DNA of 49,609 nucleotides from Craspedostauros australis (lineage: Eukaryota), in contig JALAGF010005545.1 in the NCBI GenBank assembly GCA_030167865.1, forward strand, positions 62,001-111,609. The letters are read 5' to 3'. The translations under genes were made by a program, and so were the position numbers. Shown one piece after another: positions 12,642 through 23,953 of the stretch (its first letter is position 1; every line of letters starts with the position of its first letter). Under the pieces are notes generated by a model. That model was not told the origin of the DNA. It saw only the letters and a program-made list of their open reading frames with translations, and made no database searches.

Positions 12642-13496
12642 TCAACGCTTCATCGCCTCAGCAGTCTCCTCTTCTTCGTCATCTGCTGCGACATTGTCAT
12701 TCGTCTTTGTTTCGCCTTGAGCCGTGGTGGCGGCGGCAGCAGCAGCATCGGCTGAAGCGGTCGTGTTATGCAGCACGGGCATCTTGTGCTTGTACTTCGC
12801 CCATGTGTCGGCATCGGTCGCCAGATCCGCCATGAAGGACGCCACGGATGCTCGCGTCGCTGTGCCGCCACCGAACAAGGACCCCGGTGGGCTGTCGAAG
12901 ACTTGGTAGTCCTTCTCCTCACCGTCCACCAGATCGGTCGGTCGAACGATGCACCACGAGATGCTGTCCTTGCGTTCGTACAGGTAGGCCGCGGCAGCTT
13001 CGTTGTCCGCATGCGGCGGGATCATGTACCGCAGCATGAAGAGGACGGTGCGTTCCGACAACGGCCTGACCTGATCCGTGGTTCCGTCCGGATGCGCGAC
13101 GCCGTCGGAATTCATGAGGATGAACTTGCAGCCCTGCGGCATTTTGTCGCTGATGCGCTCGACCGAATCCGTGACGAGACGGCGGGGGTGACCCCATATG
13201 CCTTCCACGGAGAGGTTGTGCCCGAGGCAGCACACGACGGCATGACAATCCTTGGTCTGCTCCTCCAGCTGCTCTGATGTCAGATCCAGCAGCGATGCCT
13301 CGGTGACGCTGAGGTTGCCTGCGTGCTTCTCTTTGTCGTCCTTGAGGAGTTGCATCAGCTTGTCCTTGGATCGCACGATGGCCTTGACGTCGTGGCCCTT
13401 GTCCAGCAGTTTCTGCACGACGTGATGGCCTGTGGCACCCGTGGCCCCGAGAACCAGCACGCTCATGGTAGAGTCGTCGACAATGTTGTTCGTCAT
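12642..13496 (-). CDS. Atypical SDR / NAD(P)H-binding protein, biliverdin-IXbeta/flavin reductase-like
   Basis: VLVLGATGATG Rossmann motif, WCIVRPTDL, RASVASFM; start at 13496 or 13466. Confidence 0.8.
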   Translation of the reverse strand: MTNNIVDDSTMSVLVLGATGATGHHVVQKLLDKGHDVKAIVRSKDKLMQLLKDDKEKHAGNLSVTEASLLDLTSEQLEEQTKDCHAVVCCLGHNLSVEGIWGHPRRLVTDSVERISDKMPQGCKFILMNSDGVAHPDGTTDQVRPLSERTVLFMLRYMIPPHADNEAAAAYLYERKDSISWCIVRPTDLVDGEEKDYQVFDSPPGSLFGGGTATRASVASFMADLATDADTWAKYKHKMPVLHNTTASADAAAAAATTAQGETKTNDNVAADDEEEETAEAMKR

Positions 13497-14886
13497 GATG
13501 ATACAATCGTGCAAGGCGATCGATCAAAGTATGAGCCCTGATGCGGTTGGGCGAAGAGAGAGAGAGAGAGAGTGTGTGTATTGGTATGAGGCAGATAGAA
13601 AGAGACACCAGCAGAGGGGGCAGAGACCGATGTTGGTGTGGGTCACAGTTCTGGTCATGTGATGTCGCGGTTGTTGGTACCAACTGCCGTCGACCAGCGA
13701 GCGTTGTCTGCGATCCTGGGGAAGGCAGGCCTTCCTCCCAGCTGTTGGGGTATCTTTCGAATGTTTCTTGATTGTTCGTCATGAGTCTTGAATCGTGATT
13801 TGTTCGTGCCAGAAGGTTCTGATCGAAACATGTGACCTTATTCGGATTAGTCAAATGGGTCGAATCAAGGTTCCACAACGGCCCAGTCGTTTCCGCTCCA
13901 CAGAAGAGAGTGAAGGAAGTGCGACATGAATTGAGACTTTACGTACTTAACTTCAGCATCCGCGTGCTAACCCCTCTTTGTTGAAGTATACGATCGTCGA
14001 TTTCTACGTACGCCGGTAGAACTTTTTGTTTCACCGATTGAGCAACACTACAGGACCAAACGAGAAAGACCTTCTTGGATGAGCGTTCGCTGTCCTCGAC
14101 GTGGTGCGGCGTGACAGAGATCACCAACAACACGAGGCGAGATTGACAGGTTAGCGGGTAGGAGGAATACGGGGACGACTCGGTACCTGACTGCATGGAG
14201 GTTCCGAAGTTGCGAATAGAGCCCAGTAGAACACAGTACATATTTCTACGAGGTAGTATTGGTGTCATCACGACCACACCGGTACTCGCCTTGGCCCAAT
14301 CAGCAGGTCCATGACGCTGAAAGGCGACAACGACAGCAACAGCAGCAGAAGCAGCAGAAGTTGCAGCTGGGACGACAACAGAGGCAGAAACAGCGACAGT
14401 CACAGCGGAATCATGCGAAGAAGAAAAACACGAGCGCGCTTGTTCTGGGGGAATCGAGAGGGGCTTGCCACATCAGTAGCACCGCTGACGCAACCGTCTC
14501 CGCAGCGATCGACGCCTCCTCCTTGCTCGCAAACGCCCATTGATACCGTCGCCATTCGCAATCATCATCACCATTATCATCATCATCGAACCGCTGAAGC
14601 TGATCCAACCCCTCTAATACATACCAATACGAGAGCGCTCTGCATCCACACCAAGGTCTGTTCCAGATAGTATCCTCGTCGAACTGTTCACCAGACTGCC
14701 CCATTTCGCAACAACAGAAAGGAAGCACCACAGAAGCCTCACAGCGAGCATAAAGAGCAGGCGCCTCAAGCATCACCAGCACCAGCAACGAGTGGGAAAC
14801 ACAAGCACCAGTTGCGAGTACTCTATCAGAACCATCAGCGCAAGCGAGAAAACGAAAGAAACAAACGAAAACTCAACTAAGGCAAG

Positions 14887-16961
14887 ATGTGTAACCCTAA
14901 CATTGCCATCAGCAACAAGAAGCCGCGGGTGTTGAGCTACGAGCTCTCCCAGTTCCACCAGAAGGCTGCCACTGCCACCGCTGCTGCCCAAGAGAGAGGC
15001 AGCAACAATGGTGGCTTCAATGGACGCGCGGGAGCGGCCACGACACCGTTCTTCAACCCATACCAAACCTCGTTCTTCTCCATGTCCCCGCCGTTGCAAC
15101 AGCAGCAGCAGGCACAGACCATCAGCGACAGCTCCACCAACGCCTCCGTCTCCAGCGGCAGCAATGGCAACCTCAGCGCCAACACCAGCCCGACCATGTC
15201 CAGCATGCCAAGGGCACAGTGCGCCCCCATGTCGGCACTCAACGTCGACCTCAACGTGGGTCCCAGCATCCCACAGAACATCTACCCAGGCATGTGGCAA
15301 TCATCGCCCATGGGGAGCTCCTTGCCCCCCACCGGCTCCCTCGCCTCACCGCTCGACGGAAGCAGCAGCTGCGGCGGAGCGACATCGCGCGCTCTCCCAC
15401 AGCAGCACATGCTTGATCCGCAACTTTCCTCCAACTGCGGTCTGGAAAAGACCAAGCCCAAGAGGCGTCGCCGCAAGCCATCCAAGCCGGGCAAAACAGC
15501 CAAGAACCAGGAACGCCACTTCGTCGTCCACAACTACCATGACCACGCCGACGATCCGGACACACCAACCGAGGAAAAGAAGACCGCTCGCAAGGGCGGT
15601 GCATCCGTCTCCTTCCCCATGAAGCTCCATGCCGTGCTCGGCCAAGTGGAGCGTGAAGGCTTGACACATGTCGTGTCATGGCAACCGCACGGAAGGTGCT
15701 TCGTCATCCACAAGCCCAAGGAGTTTGTATCTTACATCATGCCCAAGTACTTCCGCCAGACCAAGCTCACCAGCTTCCAACGTCAGCTCAACCTCTACGG
15801 GTTCAATCGCCTCACCAGGGGAGCCGACGAAGGTGGCTACTACAACGAGTACTTCCTCCGCGGAAGGCAGCATCTGTGCAAGCACCTTGTGCGCACCAAG
15901 GTCAAGGGAACCCGCTTCAAGGCAGCCAGCAATCCGGAAAACGAGCCCAACTTTTACTCGATGGTATGTGCTCTCATGGCACCAGCACCCTCACGAATGC
16001 CCCGTCCTGTTGCATGCTCTGCTTGGAAACTTGCTGCAGCTGATGTTGCCACCATTGTTGTGAACGCTGTTGTTGCTTGCCAGCTGGCAAGCTCGCCTGC
16101 TCTCCCACCACCACCACCGCTCCACCCCCAAGCTCCACTTGTCACCTCGACTTTGTCCGTACGAACAAGAGTCTAACCTCGCCCTTTCCGACATTCCGAA
16201 CTCGCGCTGTCCCGCCCCCATCTACTCAACTCTATTCTACTCTTCAACTCCCTCTGAACGAACAGAAACCTGTCCCACAGGCTTCTGTCGCCCCACATCT
16301 TGAGGTGAGCCCGCCAGTTCCCAAATCGAGCTGTCCCACGGACACCTTGCTACCACCAGATGTCGTGCACCCAGTGTCCCCCAGCACTCTCGTGAGAGCC
16401 AGCAACGGCTTCGCAGATGTGTTGAGCGGAGCCAACAAGATGTCGTTCCTCAACTCGAACGCAGCCTTGGTCACATCTGCGCAAAACCAACTTCGTACGG
16501 ACCAATTGACTTCAGCGCCATTTGGATGCGCTGCTCCAACTCAGCAGCAGCAGCTGCAGCTGAACCAAGCTGCCTCGATCAACTCTTGCGGACTTTCCAA
16601 CTTGAACGCAAACAGCAACAACAACAACGCGCAGGTGACTGCAAACAACATGTACGGCCTGAACCTTGTTGGATCTCCGACCGCGCAAGCCTCTTTCCCA
16701 GACGCCTCCACCCCGGCCCAAGTCAGGAACGCTGGAGATGCCTTTGATCAGGCCATCGAGGACATCTTCGTGGGCGTTGGCAACAACATCGTCCAATTCC
16801 AGTCCCAGACTCCCACCAGCAACGCCGCTGCCGCCAACAACAGCAACGACGTGCTCGACTTCATGAGCAGCTTTGATCTTGGTGGACTCGGAAACACCGA
16901 AGATGACATCGATGACATCCAAATGGGTGACATGCTCGGTGCCATGTTGGAAGGTTTCTAA
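14887..16961 (+). CDS. HSF: Heat-shock transcription factor; exons 14887-15963 and ~16266-16961
   Basis: FPMKLH..VVSWQPHGRCF..YFRQTKLTSFQRQLNLYGF DNA-binding domain; GTATGT donor at 15964; in-frame acceptors at 16265 or 16280. Confidence 0.9.
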
Positions 16962-17806
16962 GCAGGAAGATGAAACTCGACCTCCGCAGCACCAGCTCAA
17001 CGGTGATCAATGTAAAAGTATCATACACACCGGGGGACACAACCAGGAGCAGGAATTACGATCACCACGGGCTCGGAAGCATTGAGAGGAGAACTCGCGA
17101 AAGTGGGAAGAGATTGAAAGGACAGGAAACACATTACGTCTGCCACAGCCAGCCAACAGGAACCACATGAGCAAAGGCATTGTATCACAAATGCATGGAA
17201 CTGCAATCCAAACGCCCCAGTCCGCGCAGAGGGAGGGAAAGGGGGTTCAATACATGAAGCAACTTTACAAACGAATAAAGAAACGAGAAAGCGAACGACC
17301 GAATGAACGAAGGAATCAAGCAAGTTAGCAAACATGGCAACATGGAAACAAATAGTACAGCTCGCCGGAAAGCCGCAGTATCTGATTGTAGAAGTACCAC
17401 TTTGGAATCCACGGAAGCAGTTGCATAGTGTCCTGTGCTTGATGGTTCCGCTCTGCTCGTAGCATAGCAGTGCAAGATTGCGCGAGTGCCAAGAGCCACC
17501 AATACCCACAAGCTGAAGTGGATGGTGCTACTCTACGACTATGAGCCATAATATCACCTAATATTTTGCATAAGTGCGCGTCTCTTGTTTGTCTTCGCTG
17601 CCAACGATGATCACAACAACAGCGGTGGTGGCAACTATCTCATCTCACACAACAGCGCCGGTGTGACTGCCACGAAGCGATCGGCGGTGGCGCGAAGGAC
17701 GAGTTGCGGCAGATCAACGACACCAACAACCACGACAAGCACGACAACGCAACCACGCTGTACATACGACTACGATAGTCGTACCCACCCAATCGCACCC
17801 ACAGGC

Positions 17807-18904
17807 ATGGCAGTCACAGCAAGCACACAACCAAGGAGCGCTGTCGTTCTGGGGGCGAGCATCGTTGCCGCAATCGCAGGGGCCGTTTTGGTTGCCAGAA
17901 TCGTCACCACGACAAACGGATCCAAGCATGACGATGGCGGCAAGAACCGCAGTAAGCGCGGCAACACAGACCACACCGACTCTGCGACCCGAGGCAAGTC
18001 AGGGAGCACAGCAGCGGCTGCTTCTGACTTTGAGGAGGAGTTGCCGCCGCATGTGAAGCGGGAGCTGCACAAGGAACGGCGCAGGAAGGAGAGCGTGCGG
18101 TTCCTCGCCATGAAACGGCCCATGTACGACAACATCGAGATGTACTCGCAGGCGGGCGAGATCCTCTGCACCATCTCCAAGAAGAAGGCCAACTGGTACA
18201 TCAACAAGGAGATCGCGATCTGGAAGAACCCGCAGGACCAATCCGCCATCCAGCTCCTCTTCGACCCCAAGGGCCAATCGGAGAAGACCCTCTACACCGT
18301 CTCGCAAAAGAACAACATCTGCGTCTCGTGCGGCGACGACAGGCACTTCATGCGCCATTACGTCGTGCCGTACTGCTACCGCACGCTGCTGCCGCAGAAG
18401 TACAAGTCGCACACGCCGCACGACATCGTCCTCATGTGCCCCGACTGCCATCTCTCGTGCGAGCAGGCCACGCAGGCACGTCAGAAGCGCATGGAGAACA
18501 GGCTGCGCAAGGACCCCGCGACGAAGCCGCCCCTCCTCAAGGATCGCCGGCTGCATCACATTCGCAGCATCAGTCTGGCGGTGTGGAAGCATGCCGAGCA
18601 GATACCGGAGGCCGTGCTGCAGAGGCATCGCACGGAGATTCGGAAGCATTTCCGACTGCCCGATGATGCTGACATTCCTGCGGAGCTGTTGGAGGAGGGG
18701 AGTCGATTGGAGACCCACACGCCCAATCCCAAGTACGTGCCAGGTGCGGACCTGGTGGCGGCGGCGTTGCAAACGGAGGAGGACATCGAGGCATTCATCG
18801 TGGGATGGCGCAAGCACTTCTTGAGCGTCGTGAAACCTCGGTACATGCCGATTGGTTGGAGCGCCGAGAGTCCTGTGCATTCCGATGTGCGCGAGAAGGA
18901 GTGA
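17807..18904 (+). CDS. Membrane-anchored protein with EXD2-type C-terminal (HNH-like, Cys/His-rich) domain and no exonuclease domain
   Basis: N-terminal TM (VVLGASIVAAIAGAVLVA); MYDNIEM..KKKANWY..CVSCG..HYVVPYCYR..KSHTPHDIVLMCPDCH..WRKHFL..PRYMPIGWS. Confidence 0.75.
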   Translation: MAVTASTQPRSAVVLGASIVAAIAGAVLVARIVTTTNGSKHDDGGKNRSKRGNTDHTDSATRGKSGSTAAAASDFEEELPPHVKRELHKERRRKESVRFLAMKRPMYDNIEMYSQAGEILCTISKKKANWYINKEIAIWKNPQDQSAIQLLFDPKGQSEKTLYTVSQKNNICVSCGDDRHFMRHYVVPYCYRTLLPQKYKSHTPHDIVLMCPDCHLSCEQATQARQKRMENRLRKDPATKPPLLKDRRLHHIRSISLAVWKHAEQIPEAVLQRHRTEIRKHFRLPDDADIPAELLEEGSRLETHTPNPKYVPGADLVAAALQTEEDIEAFIVGWRKHFLSVVKPRYMPIGWSAESPVHSDVREKE

Positions 18905-19908
18905 TGCTCGGTCGTCGCAACATCGTGTTCAATTGGGGCTGGGTGTAGTCGAGTGTAATAGTACTCTCGTGTAGTGAAGTACAATACTTCAGAACAGCAA
19001 TGTTGGGTATCCTACAGAGCATGGCACGGTACTCTCGAGAGAATAATAATAGATCGTAACATGGCAGATGTTGGGAATGGGATGAAACTACCTTGAACCT
19101 ATACTATTTCTCTCTACGTGATGATAGGTACGCGTGCGTGTGCTTGCATGACCCTAGCTTGACTTTCCCACAGATGGAGTGTGCGATATGCGTACTCCAT
19201 GGAACAGGATGCCGATAGTCTGCGTGACTTCAATGAAGAAGCACCTACATCGCAGAAGACCATGGCGCCGTACGCAACTCACTTGCGCAACCTCCCTCCC
19301 TCTCGAACATATAATAGACCACAGAACATACGGATGCATGTACCTACCATACTCGTCGAACGCAATGAAATGCGATACGATACAATACGAGGCAACAGGT
19401 TACACCAACGGACGAGGCGTGATGTGAAGGCGATGCGCTGCATCATTCCGATTCTCGATACATCGCTGCCAACCTTGATGCCGCGTTGAGCAGAATCAAA
19501 GGGGAAGACTCCTTCCGAGGGGATGAAAGAGATGGGGACGGGCATCGGTCTCACTTGCGTGTTCACGAATGCCGTCCGGTTCTTGTCCCCCGAAGTCGTC
19601 GTGCCAAATCGAGATGTCGGAGCAGAATGCCGCCGCCGCAGTTGTCGCGCCATGGGAGAGTTTGGGACGTTTCATCTTCGTTCTCTTGCCTTCTTGTGCA
19701 TGGTACGTACTGATACCAATGCCACACCACATCACCTCCCCAGACTCCCGCCAAGAGCGGGGCCTTGCTCACAGGATGTGTTGGTAGAAGGTGGTGTCAG
19801 TCCCCTTCCCATGTTGACGGCAACTTCCACGGCCACGACATGTCACACCATGTCACGTCTTGTCGCGTGTACTCTGCTGCGATACAGACTGCTGCAGCCC
19901 TGCTCAGT

Positions 19909-20046
19909 TTAGAGGCAGCAGCAGCAGGCACTCTTCATCTTTCGGCAGCACAGGACGGTCTTGAATTTGATCCATCCAGGGTATCCGCCCTGCTCGTATG
20001 CCTGCTTGGCACCCTGTTCTTCTACTTGATCGGAAAGCCAGCCCAT
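19909..20046 (-). CDS. 45-aa small ORF with Cys-rich C-terminus ending in a CaaX box
   Basis: MGWLSDQVEEQGAKQAYEQGGYPGWIKFKTVLCCRKMKSACCCCL*; ATC-ATG start context; mostly C/G-ending codons; below the ORF-track cutoff. Confidence 0.55.
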   Translation of the reverse strand: MGWLSDQVEEQGAKQAYEQGGYPGWIKFKTVLCCRKMKSACCCCL

Positions 20047-21084
20047 GATGATGACGCAAGTTTGACGTTGGTTGTTCGAGTGACCTTGGGGGCAATGTTA
20101 TTGATGTCAATGTCGATGTCGATGTCACCGTTGGTGTCGATGTTGGCTGGGCAAGTTGGATGCGGAGTGCTTTTTGTGAGGCGATGGCCTTTTCGCTCTC
20201 CCTCTGCGAATGGATCAAATGATTTGCTTCTTTCGTGTGTGTTCGGAGCGGTGTGGTGAACGCCAGCTTGTGGTGGGAGACCCAAGAGAAGGATCGAAGA
20301 AAGCGGCAAGAAGCGAGACCAACGCAACGCAAGGAGGAACGTAGCGAAGGAAGAACAGACCGATCAACCAAAACAAACAACCAAAACAACCAAGGAGTAG
20401 CCAGCCAACAAGCCAGCCAAGAAATGGTCGTGATTCGTTGGGCTTGTCTTGTGGATGCGGAAGCGAACAGCGAGAAAAACTACGGGACTATTTATTCTTG
20501 GTTCGTTGTTCGGCATCTCCGATTGTTTGTCCGTTTCAACTGGCATCCAAGAGGCATCAATTGTTCGTCATGCGTTCTCGATCAAGGCTTCCCTCTCGTG
20601 TCCACAAGACAACCGCAGCGACAGGCCATTTGTTGAGTGTTCATCCATTCGTTGTTGGGATCTCACTTGTTTGCGGAGTTGGACCAAACATGACGCTAGG
20701 CATGGACATGGGCACAGGCCTAAAACAGACTACTCTACTCTATGCTTCTCGACGTCAACAAAGATGTGGGAAGCCGCGGCCATGATCTTCCAAACCGTCC
20801 GATATCTATACCTGTCTTGCGCAGAAATGGAGTCCTATGTAGTGCTTCCCTTCTTCTCTATGATATATCTCCCCTTTCCTTCTCGATCATCCAATTCTTG
20901 TATCATGTGATATCAAAGCACGGCATTCACGTTCATGCACATGCTCATGGTGATGATCCGCATCACCTTGTGTCGCTGGATGTTTGGGGCGACGCATTTA
21001 CGCATCTACGCATTCATCCAGCGTCCAGCGTCCAACAACCGACGTGCAGCATCCACAACTAGATGCAAATCGCATGCCATCCAT

Positions 21085-21783
21085 TTACAGCGCACCAGCC
21101 TTACACTGTTGCAGCCTCGGCTCCTCGTTGGTGTTGAATTTGGGCTGCGGCGAGGCCATGCCGGATCTGTCCACGGATGACACAATTCCGTATGTTCCGT
21201 CAGACAATTGCATTTTGAATTCGCCCTCACGTTCCAAGCGTTCCATGATCTCCTGCTTCAGTTCGTCTTTGGTCTGCTGCGGCTTCGTGATGCCATTCTT
21301 GTTTCTTGCGGAGCATGTTCGTCTCATCCGTCTTCCCTTTTGGGGGACGTTCTTGTTGCCTCGGTTGCTGCTGTTGGTTGGTCGACTCAATTTGTTGTTG
21401 CTGTCTCTATTGTTCCGTCTTGCGCCTCTGGCATTGAGCGGATTCTGCGTCAGGAAGATGGACACCCAACAGCCCAGGACAACAAACATGGCCATGCATG
21501 CGATGATCGTCACGAATCTCAATCTCCGGCTGGTGCTCGTCACTGACCGTTGATCATAGTGCTTCTGCTTTTGCTGCTGCTGCTGCTGCTGCTTTCGTTT
21601 TGACGACTTGCTCTTCTTCTTGTTCGAAGTGGCGCCGCCGCTTGAATGGGTAGTCGGCACGGCGTGGGCTTGGACGATGCCCGTCTGCCGTCTTCTTGTC
21701 CGGAATGCCGAAAGAGTTGATAACGATCCTGACGATGACTTCGTCGATGATGTCGAAACGACTTCTGCGTATACGATCTCCAT
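21085..21783 (-). CDS. Hypothetical single-pass membrane protein
   Basis: 232-aa ORF, ATC-ATG start, one TM (FVTIIACMAMFVVLGCWVSIFL) after basic residues; no family recognised. Confidence 0.5.
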   Translation of the reverse strand: MEIVYAEVVSTSSTKSSSGSLSTLSAFRTRRRQTGIVQAHAVPTTHSSGGATSNKKKSKSSKRKQQQQQQQKQKHYDQRSVTSTSRRLRFVTIIACMAMFVVLGCWVSIFLTQNPLNARGARRNNRDSNNKLSRPTNSSNRGNKNVPQKGRRMRRTCSARNKNGITKPQQTKDELKQEIMERLEREGEFKMQLSDGTYGIVSSVDRSGMASPQPKFNTNEEPRLQQCKAGAL

Positions 21784-22662
21784 GATGAATGATGTGCGGG
21801 AGTTGTGTCGTTCTCTTTCTCTCTCTTGTGGTCTTCTTCTGAGGGAACGGTGGCTCGAATGTCGCTGTTTCCGAAGTGACGGGTAACGGGTAACGGGTGA
21901 TGGAAGAAGTCGATGTCGAGCAGCTTGTATGTGACCTGATTGGAATGGCTTGGCGACGAGTGGATGCGAATGAAGCAGAGTTGAGTATGGTGGAGTCGAG
22001 TTGAGCGGAGATTATGACCACAGATGACTCTTGCGAGCAGAGCAGTGAGAACTCTCGTGGGCAGAGTTTGCGGTCGACTGTTGTTTTGCGTCGTGGCTTT
22101 TGTGATTGGATGTCGGTTGGCCATTCTTGCGATGCATTGTCCGCACGATGAAACGTACTGAACGACTCCATCCCCCCGCTTTCTCATCATGTGAATCGAT
22201 CACGTACGGTGCGCGATACTGGAACTACAACGAGTTGACCTCATTCCCTTGACGTTGATTTGTGTGGCGTGATCCGGTTCCAGCATGGGTTGCGTTTGGT
22301 TTTGGTTTTGGTGCACGGCGCATCATCACTGGTCGGACGTCCTGCGTGACACCCATCGCGCAGCTCAGGTGCGCGGAATCCTGATTCTGTGACCGGTAAG
22401 ATCGTGACATTGCGCACCTCATTTTGAGTTCAAATGAGACATCTCCAAAAGCTGCTTCGACCCAACCTGATCCAACCCTCGACTCGACTCGATTCGATTC
22501 ACAGAAACGAACAGCTCAGCTCGGCCCAACCGAGACCAGTTGGATGCAAGACCAGGCGAAGGCGGTCGCACAGCAGCATTAGCATGGAATGGCATGTGAT
22601 GAGGCCAGACGAATGCTCGTATCCAACTCGCCCGCTTTAGTTGGCATCACATTCTTTGCAGG

Positions 22663-23189
22663 ATGAGGTTTGCGAAGATCTTGTCGTCAAGAGTGTCAAG
22701 GAAACGAACAACGCAGCTCCACAATGAGGAACGAAAGCAAAAGAAGGAAGACCGCAAGAAGAAGAAGGCTGAGAAGAAGAAGCGGAAACCCATCAAGGTT
22801 AGTCGCAGCATTGCAATGCCGCGGTTCCTTGCCTCTGTTGTTCTGGTACATTCATTCCGTCACTCACTCGCTCATTTACGCACTCATCTCGTTCTCCACC
22901 TCTCTCCTCCCATCCACTGAGAACATGCATACTCGTACTTTCATGCTCTCGTATGAGTACACAGGTGAACGTCCAGATCCTGATGGGAAGGGCCGTGCCG
23001 ATCTCCATCAGCCCCGATGACAGGATCGAAGCAGTGAGCGCGAAGATCGAATCTCGCGAAGGCATTTCGCCGGACCAGCAGATCCTCCTATTTCATGGAC
23101 TGCAGCTCGACTTCTTCGACAAGGTCGACGATTGTCACATCCGGGAGGGCGACACCCTCTTCTTGACCCTCCGCAATCGAGGTGGTTGA
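22663..23189 (+). CDS. Divergent ubiquitin-like protein ending in RGG, with Lys-rich N-terminal extension; exons 22663-22797 and 22965-23189
   Basis: Phase-0 intron GTTAGT..ACAG restores the first beta strand; AKIESREGISPDQQILLFHG and TLFLTLRNRGG align with ubiquitin. A further upstream exon is possible (TTTGCAG ending at 22661). Confidence 0.75.
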
Positions 23190-23510
23190 TGTTTGATTGC
23201 GATCCCCATTCAGAAAGATGCAACCTGGTCGCGGACGTTACTTTGTTACGCGTTGGGGTAACCAACAAACCAAAGAGCCACGACTGGATGGCTTCTCATC
23301 GTCGTCATTCCGAGAATCTCCGATTCAATCGATTCCATGACAAACCACAACCACAACCACAAACAAGGGCTGCCAACAACACAAATGGAACAAAAATGAA
23401 CCGACCATGATGTTGTGCCGTTCGTGGAACCCATCACCAAGGGTCCATCAGCACGAACATGCCAACAAGAGATCGCGCCAGCAAATTCGTGAGACCAACA
23501 AAAGCATCGT

Positions 23511-23533
23511 CTCTCTCTCTCTCTCTCTCTCTC
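23511..23533. repeat. (CT)n microsatellite
   Basis: Visible run. Confidence 0.85.
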
Positions 23534-23953
23534 TATTGGCACTCATACAGAGAGGAGTACGTACATAATCGCAGATGCAAGCGCACGGGAAGCACTCGAT
23601 CAACACCAATACAGACGCGCGCATACACACGCCCACAATTTAGAGCAAGACAGAATCAAAACGACAGACGCTCTGTTCTTCTCTTCTCTTACGTACATCA
23701 ACACAAGTTCTTGCGCCTCTCTTGCAATTCAATCCACCCATCCACGTTTGAGCGCTCCTTGATCTCTCAAGCACAGGCGCACCCAAGCGCACACACACCA
23801 TTGCATGCCTATCTATCATATCACATCATATCACGCCACATATATATTGGCGTAAGCAGATAGAACATTCCGCTCCAGCCCAGTTCATTCCAGCCCGCTC
23901 CACTCGATTCATTTCTACTGCCTCTATTCCGGCATACTCCAGAGAAATTCATC

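Noticed and set aside
19150..19900. Several short overlapping ORFs
   Set aside because: No motifs, codon bias or consistent splice pattern.
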